Positions 9,188 through 17,946 of a stretch of 44,336 bases of DNA are shown here, piece after piece; the first letter of the stretch is position 1; every line of letters starts with the position of its first letter. The stretch is taken from positions 1 through 44,336 of IMG/VR virus record IMGVR_UViG_3300017903_000887; one strand, written 5' to 3'. The translations under genes were made by a program, and so were the position numbers. The notes under the pieces are model-generated. The model made no database searches, was not told where the DNA came from, and saw only the letters and a list, made by a program, of their open reading frames with translations. This stretch comes from a virus (taxonomy: Duplodnaviria; Caudoviricetes).

Positions 9188-9510
9188 TAGTTTAAATCTC
9201 TCGTGATAAGTATCCCAATGTTCCCATCGTTAGGGAAACTCTCTACAGAATTATCTGAGTAAGTAACCTCAAACTCTGCATAGTAAGTTCCTGCAGTATC
9301 TGTGTCAGATCCAGCCCAGTTGTATTGAACTATTCCGCTTGTAGCAGGGTTGATTATAGTTGCATCAGTGTCAATCTTAACTGTACCAGCTAAATCTTTC
9401 ATGTGAAAGCGCACACTAGCTCCTGTAAGGTCTATCGCACTACCACTACCGTCTTTGAGTGTAGCTCTTATAGAAGGAGCGGTATCGTTCTGTTTTAAGT
9501 AAAAGGGCAT
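9187..9510 (-). CDS. BppU-N-like Ig-fold structural protein
   Basis: KQNDT.P.I...L.D..G.AIDLTGASVRF...G.V.Y.W...DT..AG.Y.AEFEVTY pattern. Confidence 0.65.
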   Translation of the reverse strand: MPFYLKQNDTAPSIRATLKDGSGSAIDLTGASVRFHMKDLAGTVKIDTDATIINPATSGIVQYNWAGSDTDTAGTYYAEFEVTYSDNSVESFPNDGNIGILITRDLN

Positions 9511-11354
9511 TATGCAGCCTCTAGTGTAACACTGTTAGAATTAGCAACTGTAAACACTTTGACATAGTTCTGATTCTCGAACCTTAGTCTTGGCACCTCC
9601 GCAATGAAGGTTACTTCTGAACCTGTTACAGTAAATGTACCTGCGTCTACAGAGAGTTTTACAGCCTTGACAAAAGTAACCGCTTGACCCGTGAGGGCAA
9701 AAGAACCAGCATCGAAACTTTCGCCTATGCCAAAGTCAATCTCTTGACCAGTGAGAGCAAATGACCCTGCATCAGCCGTAACATTAAGTGCCTTAACAAA
9801 GTCAACGTCTTGTCCAGCGAGTGTGAAGTTACCAGCTTCTGCTGTCAGGTTGACCGCTTTGTTGAAGTTTGCGGCCTGACCAGTTAGAGTAAATGATCCA
9901 GCCTCAAAGCTCTCGCCAATGCCAAAGTCAATCTCATTGCCCGTCAGAGTAAAGCTACCAGAGTCTGCTGATAGACTTACAACTTTCTTGAGGGTTACAT
10001 CTTGACCTGTAGAGGCGAATGAACCAGTGTCAACAGATAGACTGATTACCTTCGTAAGAGTAACGTCTTGGCCTGTAAGGGTGAAAGAACCAGAGTTTGG
10101 TGATAATACATCAGCAGATGAGAAAGCAACATCGTTACCAGTTAGTGTAAACGTACCTGCATCAACAGAAAGGCTAACTGCTTTCTTGAGTGTAGCGTCT
10201 TGTCCCGTAAGAGTAAATGTACCTGCGTCTAGAGATACATTCAGTGCCTTGTTTAAAGTAACATCTTGACCGCTTAGTGTAAAGCCACCGTTGTTTGCAG
10301 ATAGGACTCTACCTTCCAAGAAGCCTACAGCTTGACCAGAGAGAGTAAAGCTGCCAGAATCAACGGTAAGATTTACACTCTTAACAAGGGTTACATCTTG
10401 TCCTGTGGTTGAGAATGAACCGCTATCAGCAACAAAGTTTATACCCCTGTTAAGGGTTACATCCTGACCGCTTAGTGTAAAGCCACCGTTGTTTGCGGTT
10501 AGAACTCTACCAGATGCAAATGCTACATCTTGACCAGTGAGGTTGAAACTACCTGCATCTGCGCTAAAGTTGACGCCTCTGAGAAGATCAACGTCTTGTC
10601 CAGTAGATGCAAAAGAACCACTATCGACACTAAGAATAACAGCTTTCTTAAGACCAACATCCTGACCGCTAAGATTAAAGCCGCCGTTGTTTAGTGAAAT
10701 GCTTTTGCCTTTGATAAGGCTTACGTCTTGCCCCGTCAGCGTAAAGCTGCCATTCGGCGTAACCTCTGTAATGAGTTTTGCAGCACCTTGTGGACTTAAG
10801 GTAAATGTACCTGATGTGGCAGAAAGGTTAAGGGCTTTATTAAATGTTACATCTTGGCCTGTGGTAGTAAACGAACCAGCATCAAGAGACAGAGATTTGC
10901 CGAGGTTTAGACCAACAGTTTGTCCAGTTAGGCTAAAGCTGCCACTATCAGCAGTCATCTTAACTGCTTTGACTAGATCAACATCTTGTCCAGTTTGGGT
11001 AAAGCTACCATTATCAGCAGCGATATTAACTGCTTTAAGTAAATCAACAGTCTGACCAGTGAGCGAGAAGGAACCACTCGCTGAAACTAACAGGGCTTTT
11101 ACAAAGGTAATGTCTTGGCCTGTTAGAGTGAAACTTCCGCTATCAGCCGTAATATTGAGGGCTTTGAGTAGATCTACAGTTTGACCCGTAGTGGAAAATG
11201 AGCCAGCATCTGCGGTAAGGTTTCTGCCTAGATTTAAGTCTACTGTTTGACCTGTTAAAGCAAAACTACCTGCATTAGCAGTCATGCTATAGTCAATAGA
11301 CGTTACACCCGCATCCGCGAAGGGAGCTGCCGCTATGGGATGTAAACCAAACAT
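9510..11354 (-). CDS. Repeat-rich virion fibre/filament protein (~26 x 22-aa repeats)
   Basis: Unit approximately ADxGSFxLTGQDVxLxKxxxLx, 26 copies counted in the translation. Confidence 0.7.
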   Translation of the reverse strand: MFGLHPIAAAPFADAGVTSIDYSMTANAGSFALTGQTVDLNLGRNLTADAGSFSTTGQTVDLLKALNITADSGSFTLTGQDITFVKALLVSASGSFSLTGQTVDLLKAVNIAADNGSFTQTGQDVDLVKAVKMTADSGSFSLTGQTVGLNLGKSLSLDAGSFTTTGQDVTFNKALNLSATSGTFTLSPQGAAKLITEVTPNGSFTLTGQDVSLIKGKSISLNNGGFNLSGQDVGLKKAVILSVDSGSFASTGQDVDLLRGVNFSADAGSFNLTGQDVAFASGRVLTANNGGFTLSGQDVTLNRGINFVADSGSFSTTGQDVTLVKSVNLTVDSGSFTLSGQAVGFLEGRVLSANNGGFTLSGQDVTLNKALNVSLDAGTFTLTGQDATLKKAVSLSVDAGTFTLTGNDVAFSSADVLSPNSGSFTLTGQDVTLTKVISLSVDTGSFASTGQDVTLKKVVSLSADSGSFTLTGNEIDFGIGESFEAGSFTLTGQAANFNKAVNLTAEAGNFTLAGQDVDFVKALNVTADAGSFALTGQEIDFGIGESFDAGSFALTGQAVTFVKAVKLSVDAGTFTVTGSEVTFIAEVPRLRFENQNYVKVFTVANSNSVTLEAA

Positions 11355-11366
11355 TTACTTAACCCC

Positions 11367-11768
11367 CTATCCAGACACCGAATGAAGTGTTTCCGTTTCC
11401 GTATCGTTTCCGTCGTGATCGGTGGTAATTGTAAACTCAACAACACTCGCTAGACGATTGAAGTCTATCCAAAGTGTTTTGCTTTCTTGCACGGCTAACG
11501 CTAAATCCGTTACCTCGTTTAATGTCCCATCCACTTCGCCAGACCATAAAAACACACCTTCGGGCTTCGCTAATATCTCTACGTTCGTTAAACCATCTGC
11601 ACCCTCCATAGAGTAGGTGTTTGAGCCTGTCTTTGTGGCTGCCTTTACCTGCATAAACTCTCTGGGGTTTTGTGAAAGCCAAGTTAAATGAGCCTGACCT
11701 GCTGTTCTGGCCTCACTTAATGTTTCATAGGATGTATTGTTATAGAAGTAGGTTGTTCTTGAAGTCAT
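11367..11768 (-). CDS. Hypothetical protein
   Basis: 133 aa ORF packed in the fibre block. Confidence 0.6.
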   Translation of the reverse strand: MTSRTTYFYNNTSYETLSEARTAGQAHLTWLSQNPREFMQVKAATKTGSNTYSMEGADGLTNVEILAKPEGVFLWSGEVDGTLNEVTDLALAVQESKTLWIDFNRLASVVEFTITTDHDGNDTETETLHSVSG

Positions 11769-11770
11769 CC

Positions 11771-12736
11771 CTACGTACTCCCATAAACAGTGCCGTTATT
11801 GGTAAGGGTTCTTGAGGTTCCTGATATAGCTGCGCCACCAGAGCCAGGTGCCTGATATGTGCCATAAGTGTTGCCAGCGCCTCCCGATGACCCCCAACCA
11901 CCGCCGCCGCCACTTGTTCCAGCCTGACCACCAGCGCCACCACCACTCACATAATTACTGCTTGCATTTGTACTGCCGTTATGAGCCTGACCAGGAAGTA
12001 CCCTGCCTCCACCGTAGCCATATCCTGAGCTACTGAATGAGTATTTACCACCACCTGCCTCTGCGCCATATATAGAGTTACCTGCACTCCTTAAATTTGG
12101 ACCTGTAGCTCCGTTTTGATTACTACTGGTGCTGTCACCCGCACCCCCTTGGCCTCCCCCAGCGCCACCGCCGCCGCCCCGACGCCGAGGCGTATCGTCT
12201 CTACCTGCATCGTAACGAAAACCAGCGCCACCGCCACCGCCACCTGCAATGTATGCACCAGAGTTGTTGACGATTGTGGTATTAGCTGCGGTTACGTTAA
12301 TTGCGGCACCGCCGCTAGTGGCATATGTCGTATTACTGGAGTGTTGTATTATTTGACCATTACCACCTTTGCCCATAATTTTACCATTGTTGGTAACTTT
12401 TGCGCCAGCAATATTAATAGTTAAAGCCGCCGATGTTGTGCTGGTAGAATATATAGAAACACCAGAAGCAATAGTGCATTCTACGTCTCCAGAACCACCC
12501 CAACCCGCCGCTGTTGCAAGTGCACTCAGAGTTGTCTGAGTTGAATTAGATGAAACCGTAAAGGTAAAAAGATTTGATGCCCCATACCATTCATTCATAC
12601 GCATTTGTGATGCTGCATCTCTGGAAATAAGACCACGAATGTCACTATCGTTAAATGAGCACTCAGTGCCAGACGTACCGCCCGCTTCTACATGAAGATC
12701 ATTTAAGGAGACTTGACCGCTACTTTGAACTGGCAT
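11771..12736 (-). CDS. Gly-rich receptor-binding adhesin (T-even gp38-like)
   Basis: NNGKIMGKGGNG, IAGGGGGG, GGGGGWGSSGG and a terminal GAAISG...NNGTVYG. Directly downstream of a fibre with an autocleaving chaperone. Confidence 0.65.
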   Translation of the reverse strand: MPVQSSGQVSLNDLHVEAGGTSGTECSFNDSDIRGLISRDAASQMRMNEWYGASNLFTFTVSSNSTQTTLSALATAAGWGGSGDVECTIASGVSIYSTSTTSAALTINIAGAKVTNNGKIMGKGGNGQIIQHSSNTTYATSGGAAINVTAANTTIVNNSGAYIAGGGGGGAGFRYDAGRDDTPRRRGGGGGAGGGQGGAGDSTSSNQNGATGPNLRSAGNSIYGAEAGGGKYSFSSSGYGYGGGRVLPGQAHNGSTNASSNYVSGGGAGGQAGTSGGGGGWGSSGGAGNTYGTYQAPGSGGAAISGTSRTLTNNGTVYGST

Positions 12737-14330
12737 TCTTCAACGCCTCAATCTCTGCTTTAAGCTCTTTTATAGCTTCGATCAGTAGACCGTGTATCTG
12801 ATCGTATTGCACAATCTTGTATTCTTCGCCTTGCTCTGCTTGGAGCGGTATTTCTTGTTCTGAAACGGCAGACGGTAATACCTTTTCAACCTCTTGTGCA
12901 ATAACGCCCGCCGAAGCTTTGCCATCTTTTTTGTAAGTAAAGGTATAGCCGTTAAGTTGCGATACTTTGTCTAGCGCATTGTCAATACGTTCAATATCAG
13001 TCTTTAAGCGTTCGTCTGAAATTGTGGTTGAGTAAGCAGTGACGTTACCATCAAAGTGTGCATCTTGAGAACCATCGATGTACATACCAATGTTGCCATC
13101 CCCATCGGAAAGCACAATACGGTTGCTTGACGTTCGTATATCAAGGCCATCTTGGTTTCCTTGGTATCCCCCAATAATTACGTTCTTGCCACCAGAGGTA
13201 ATATCATTACCTGCAAATGCTCCAAGAAAAGTGTTGTAAGTGCTGGTAACGGCATAACCTGCGGCATGTCCTACAATAGTGTTGTGTGTTCCTGAGTTAA
13301 TTCCAAAACCTGTGGTGCTTCCAATGGTAACATTATAAGTACCAGAAGTTAGCGTAGCACCACTGTCTCTACCAATACATATATTCTCTAATCCGCTTGC
13401 TAAGCTAGAAGAATAACCTGCATTAGCATATCTACCAATACCAATATTAAGGTTGCCCGATGAACGCTCTTTACCAGCAAATTTACCTATAAAGATGCTT
13501 TCGTTAAATGTAAATTCTTCACCAGCTAATCGACCTATTGCTACGTTATCAGAACCTGTTTGGTTCTTAGCTAAGGCTTGATAGCCAACAGAAACATTAT
13601 AGTCACCCGTAGTAGTATCGTTTCCTGCGTCATAACCCAATAGAGTATTATACTCTCCGCCAGATGCTAAATTAGCACCCGCATTAGTACCACCAATAAA
13701 GTTGCCTGTGCCTTCGTTGCTTGCCGCTCCTGCGGGAAGGTTGGTAAGCCCCGAACCATCGCCCGTTACTGCTGTCGCAGCTAGTGTGCCTGTGACGGTT
13801 ACACCAGATGATGTTGTCTCAAACTTTTTATCACCATTGTAGTACAGTTCAGCAGCACCATTACCCGTATATTTAAGTATATCTTCAGAGTTAGTTTCAT
13901 CTCTAATTGTGAAATTACCCTGATTACCTCGGATGCTAAAATCATATTGAATGCCACCAGTGACATCATTAAAAATTAACTTCGGGTCGTCTCCGTATAT
14001 TTCAATCGCACCTGTGCCATGCGGCCTAAGTTGAAGGTTGCTGTTGTTAGCAGTCGTAGAGATGATATTATCGGAGCCATTGTGAAAGATTTTCAGATCA
14101 CTGTCTGTTCCAAATCTAAGTTGAGCGTTATCAGCAAACTCTAAGGCATTATCTGATCTATCGAATACAATATCACGTCCTGCCGTTGCCCCATCAAAAG
14201 TAACGTCATCTGTAAACGTAGCACCAGAGGCAAAAGCTACACCGCCAGAGCCTGTACTTTTAAGCAACTGACCGCTTGTGCCATCGTCTAGAGCGGCTGC
14301 TAAGTCGGCTAGATTTTTAGTATTGCTCAT
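12720..14330 (-). CDS. Fibre protein with C-terminal peptidase S74 intramolecular chaperone
   Basis: SDERLKTDI...ALDKV..LNGYTF...GVIAQEVEKVLP...LIEAIKEL. Central N.(A/F)IG..AG beta-roll repeats. Confidence 0.85.
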   Translation of the reverse strand: MSNTKNLADLAAALDDGTSGQLLKSTGSGGVAFASGATFTDDVTFDGATAGRDIVFDRSDNALEFADNAQLRFGTDSDLKIFHNGSDNIISTTANNSNLQLRPHGTGAIEIYGDDPKLIFNDVTGGIQYDFSIRGNQGNFTIRDETNSEDILKYTGNGAAELYYNGDKKFETTSSGVTVTGTLAATAVTGDGSGLTNLPAGAASNEGTGNFIGGTNAGANLASGGEYNTLLGYDAGNDTTTGDYNVSVGYQALAKNQTGSDNVAIGRLAGEEFTFNESIFIGKFAGKERSSGNLNIGIGRYANAGYSSSLASGLENICIGRDSGATLTSGTYNVTIGSTTGFGINSGTHNTIVGHAAGYAVTSTYNTFLGAFAGNDITSGGKNVIIGGYQGNQDGLDIRTSSNRIVLSDGDGNIGMYIDGSQDAHFDGNVTAYSTTISDERLKTDIERIDNALDKVSQLNGYTFTYKKDGKASAGVIAQEVEKVLPSAVSEQEIPLQAEQGEEYKIVQYDQIHGLLIEAIKELKAEIEALKNASSK

Positions 14331-14686
14331 TCAACCAAACTCCACGATTGTGTGGCTTCATCCCATTCATATTGGTTACCATCAGTTGGATAAGAAACTG
14401 GTGCTTGCCATTGGCAGGTTTCTTCATTGAGTGTCCAAGATACAAATGGGCGAGGCGATAAAAAGGCGTCACGGGCTACGTCATAGCTATAACCAACGCC
14501 AGCAAAGTTTTTACGGAAGTTGCTGTTATAGCTAGTCTGCTTCCAAGTGCCGCCAAATAAACCTGAACAAAATGCAGTGCCTAGTGCCTCTTGCTCATCG
14601 CCGTTTTCATCAAGCAAAACGTCATTTGCCACAACAATTACTCGTTGAACCACGTTTAAATTATTTATCTCTGCAAAGTGTGCCAT
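14327..14686 (-). CDS. Hypothetical virion-associated protein (MAHFAE...WKQTSYN...FRKNFAG family)
   Basis: 119 aa, translationally coupled to the upstream Gly-rich gene. Confidence 0.6.
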   Translation of the reverse strand: MAHFAEINNLNVVQRVIVVANDVLLDENGDEQEALGTAFCSGLFGGTWKQTSYNSNFRKNFAGVGYSYDVARDAFLSPRPFVSWTLNEETCQWQAPVSYPTDGNQYEWDEATQSWSLVE

Positions 14687-15600
14687 CAGAAAGTAATGCT
14701 CCCCGATCCAGTGAAGATATAAATATTATAAGCACCATCCGTAGATGTTGTTGGTGATCCCGTAGTTGCAGAAGCTGCAGTTGTAGTGCGAATAATTACA
14801 ACACCCGATCCACCAGCGCCTTGACTACTATTAGTGCCTCCACCGCCGCCACTGCCAGTATTTACTGTACCCGCAGTTGATGACCCACCATCACCACCGC
14901 CACCAGAGCCACCTGATCCGTTTGTTCCACTTCCACCAGCAGAGTAGTATCCACCACCGCCGCCACCAGCCCTAGTTACAGACGTTCCAGTAATACTCGA
15001 AGCAAGACCGTCACCACCATCACCACCGCCAGAGCTTGTGCCATCAGACCCTGCCTGACCAGCCCCACCGCCACCGCCGCCACCATAGAGTGAACTTGAC
15101 CCAAAACCACTACCGCCATCATTACCCTGACCAGTAGTGCCTGAGCCGCCTGACGCAGAGCTTTTTCCACCTCCACCTGATCCACCATCGTGACCCGCAT
15201 CTGGTCCACTTTCAGCACCGCCACCGCCACCGCCAACTGTGCTGATGGTAGAAAAACTACTAGCACTACCATTGCCACCCGCCTTCTGACCAGTCGTGTT
15301 GATACCAGCGACCCCACCAGCACCAACTGTAACCGTGTAAGTGGTTCCCACGGTTATAACAAATGTTGAAGATGTAAGATACCCGCCAGCACCGCCACCG
15401 CCGCCGCCAGAATTAAAAGCATTAGCGAAACCACCGCCACCACCTCCAGCGATAACCAAATACTCAAGAGTAAACGTGAGGCTAGGCCAACTACCGTTCC
15501 TTTTCTCATCAGCGGCATTGTTTATCGAAAAGACACCGCTGGCACTTGATGCACTAACTGTGGACTTCTTACCAATAACTGATGAGTTATATCGCTGCAC
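14686..15600 (-). CDS. Glycine-rich domain virion protein
   Basis: EYLVIAGGGGGG...YTVTVGAGG...NTGSGGGG...GGSGVVIIR...IFTGSGSITF. Confidence 0.7.
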   Translation of the reverse strand: MQRYNSSVIGKKSTVSASSASGVFSINNAADEKRNGSWPSLTFTLEYLVIAGGGGGGFANAFNSGGGGGGAGGYLTSSTFVITVGTTYTVTVGAGGVAGINTTGQKAGGNGSASSFSTISTVGGGGGGAESGPDAGHDGGSGGGGKSSASGGSGTTGQGNDGGSGFGSSSLYGGGGGGGAGQAGSDGTSSGGGDGGDGLASSITGTSVTRAGGGGGGYYSAGGSGTNGSGGSGGGGDGGSSTAGTVNTGSGGGGGTNSSQGAGGSGVVIIRTTTAASATTGSPTTSTDGAYNIYIFTGSGSITF

Positions 15601-15953
15601 TAGCTGATCTCCTCATAGGAGCAAATAGCCTCAAGGTCAGAAGCGGCATTAGCGGTTAGCCGCAAGCTATCCCCTTCCTCAAGATAAATAGCTTTAGATA
15701 AAACATCCAAACTTGCATCTGCAGGAACTATGACAGTTTTTGCAAGGTGATATGCGGTGCTTGATCTATATAAATCTACAGTAATTTCAGCGTTACTGGT
15801 GCCATCCACGTTTGAAACAAGCAGTGCATTAAGCTTAAACACTTTGCCAGATGATGCTGAGTTTGTGACGATTGCCGTGGCGCTTGTGCCAACAGCTTGG
15901 ACGGCTGTTTTGCCTGTGATTGTGCTTACGTTTACTATGTTTGGTGCAGCCAT
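15600..15953 (-). CDS. Hypothetical structural protein (MAAPNIVNV...SYEEIS)
   Basis: 117 aa beta-rich ORF coupled to both neighbours. Confidence 0.6.
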   Translation of the reverse strand: MAAPNIVNVSTITGKTAVQAVGTSATAIVTNSASSGKVFKLNALLVSNVDGTSNAEITVDLYRSSTAYHLAKTVIVPADASLDVLSKAIYLEEGDSLRLTANAASDLEAICSYEEIS

Positions 15954-15954
15954 C

Positions 15955-17499
15955 TTAGCCTCCGAATACTATAGCCATCGCTATGGCTTTACCTGTTGTG
16001 ATCCCACCTCCACCTCCGCCAGAAGAGCCAGTTATCTCTGTGACTGTAACCAAGTCACCCGTTGCTGCCCCTGACCCAAGCGTAACTGTGTTTGCAGAGG
16101 CAGAAATAGTAACATCAGTTGAGAACAGCTTTACACCATTGATATAAACGCTGACATTATCAGCATCGCTTATCCCATCAGTGACAGTAAAAACCGTTTG
16201 ACCAGAGGTTGCTGTAAATTCTTCTTGGGCTAAAGAAGCAGAAGGCACAGAGGCCCACTCGCCAGCCGTTGCACCTGCATTGACCGTTAAGACCTGACCA
16301 GCGGTCCCAAGAGAAGAAGGGATGTTTGTGGCAATGTCTCTACCATCCACAGTACCTGATACTGTAATGTTGCCAGTTACATCAATACCTGTGGAGGTGG
16401 TTTCAAGGCGAGTTGTTGTGCCATATTGTGCTCTTACTCTTGTGGATGCGGCGGCAGCACCGTCCACAATCAAACCGTCTGCGTACCCGCCAGAACCACC
16501 ATTGTTTCGCAGCTTTACGCCTTTTGTACCTTGTATCAGGGTTTGATAAATGCCTGTTGTTGTACCATCAATAATGAAGTTGTTGCCGTCAGAATAAATA
16601 GCTCCATCAGTATCCCCTCCAAAGATGGCTTTGGCATTATCTGCAAACTCTAAAGCATTATCAGACTTATCCCACACAACATTGTAGGAAGCGCCTGTAA
16701 AGGTAAAATCGCCGTCTTGGACGGTTGCGCCCGTAAGCTCAACGCCTGATGTTGTAGCGGCAACCTTGGTGTTGTTTCCCGCACGAAGCTGAGAGCCTAA
16801 ATTACCAGTAAGAAATGTTCTACTACTTGCTACACCAACTTTTTCATCTGCGCTGCCGCCAAACCTAATGTCGCCTGATACTACATCGACACCCGTACTG
16901 GTGGTGGCGAGTTTAGCTGCGTCGTTATGAAATAACGTTACTGCACCATCGCCGATACATGTTATATAATCTTCATTATTCCCATTCTTCAGCCTCAAGT
17001 CTCTGGCTTTAATTATAAGATCGCCCGTTGCTTGGTCTTGAATATAACTATTAGACCCGTCATGGAAAATCTGTAAATCCGACCCAAGACCAAAGAAGGC
17101 TTTGGCATTATCTGCAAACTTTAAAGTGTTAAGAGACTTATCCCAAGTTACATCATAAGAAGCGCCCGTTAATGTAAGGTCGCCAGAAGCATCAAGAACG
17201 GTTGCCTTAGACGCTGGCAAAGTAACAAAGATGTCTTTATCACCAGCACTCCAGCTTACAGCCGCATCACTGTTAGAGCTTTCGATGATCGTAGTTCTGG
17301 CAAGCGTTGTGCCTGACGCCGTATAAGTACCAATGCCAACCTCATAGTCCGTACCATCAGTACAGGCATAATAAGTAGTATTACCATCGCCAACAGCCGC
17401 AAAGGACTGAAACCCATCTTTAGCGCCAGCTAAGGTATAGGTTCCAGTTCCCGTTGTGGTCGTGGTTTCTTGTACGCGATCAGCGACAACAAGCGCCAT
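15955..17499 (-). CDS. Fibre-like structural protein
   Basis: N-terminus MALVVADRVQETTTTTGTG. Two internal WDKS.N.L.FADNAKA.FG modules. C-terminus GKAIAMAIVFG. Confidence 0.7.
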   Translation of the reverse strand: MALVVADRVQETTTTTGTGTYTLAGAKDGFQSFAAVGDGNTTYYACTDGTDYEVGIGTYTASGTTLARTTIIESSNSDAAVSWSAGDKDIFVTLPASKATVLDASGDLTLTGASYDVTWDKSLNTLKFADNAKAFFGLGSDLQIFHDGSNSYIQDQATGDLIIKARDLRLKNGNNEDYITCIGDGAVTLFHNDAAKLATTSTGVDVVSGDIRFGGSADEKVGVASSRTFLTGNLGSQLRAGNNTKVAATTSGVELTGATVQDGDFTFTGASYNVVWDKSDNALEFADNAKAIFGGDTDGAIYSDGNNFIIDGTTTGIYQTLIQGTKGVKLRNNGGSGGYADGLIVDGAAAASTRVRAQYGTTTRLETTSTGIDVTGNITVSGTVDGRDIATNIPSSLGTAGQVLTVNAGATAGEWASVPSASLAQEEFTATSGQTVFTVTDGISDADNVSVYINGVKLFSTDVTISASANTVTLGSGAATGDLVTVTEITGSSGGGGGGITTGKAIAMAIVFGG

Positions 17500-17509
17500 G
17501 ATTTACCCC

Positions 17510-17941
17510 TTAAGTAAGAGTAAGGATACCGTTAGTTCCAATGTCGATAGTGAAGGTGTCACCATCATTCAGTGTAAGACCTGAACCATAGTCATAGTAC
17601 CCAATAACAGGGTCGGCTGGAGAAGTAGGTGTATCGTTATAGATAATCACATACTGAAATTCTGCTACAGAACCACCAGATGCCGTTAGAGTTAAGTCAT
17701 CTGCAGAGAGTTTGTATGTGCCACCTGCTTGCGTGGATGTCACAGTTTGAAGTTCCCGTGACGATAGGTTTGTGTAAGAGATTTCACTGATGTTTGCTAA
17801 AACACCATTGTTATCTGCTGTAACGTCTGTACCTGCTGTTGGGTCTGTGTTTGACAACGCAACTTTCAACGTGTCATTGTCGAGGTCCATAACGTTAGCT
17901 AAGTTGACCACGAAGTCATTTACTTTTGTAAAACTTGCCAT
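17510..17941 (-). CDS. Hypothetical structural protein
   Basis: 143 aa beta-rich ORF (DLDNDTLKVAL...YYDYGS.LTL.DGDTFTID) directly after the portal gene. Confidence 0.6.
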   Translation of the reverse strand: MASFTKVNDFVVNLANVMDLDNDTLKVALSNTDPTAGTDVTADNNGVLANISEISYTNLSSRELQTVTSTQAGGTYKLSADDLTLTASGGSVAEFQYVIIYNDTPTSPADPVIGYYDYGSGLTLNDGDTFTIDIGTNGILTLT

Positions 17942-17946
17942 TTTGT

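Noticed and set aside
11771-15600. CCACCGCCG-type microsatellites
   Set aside because: They are explained by poly-Gly codons on the minus strand.
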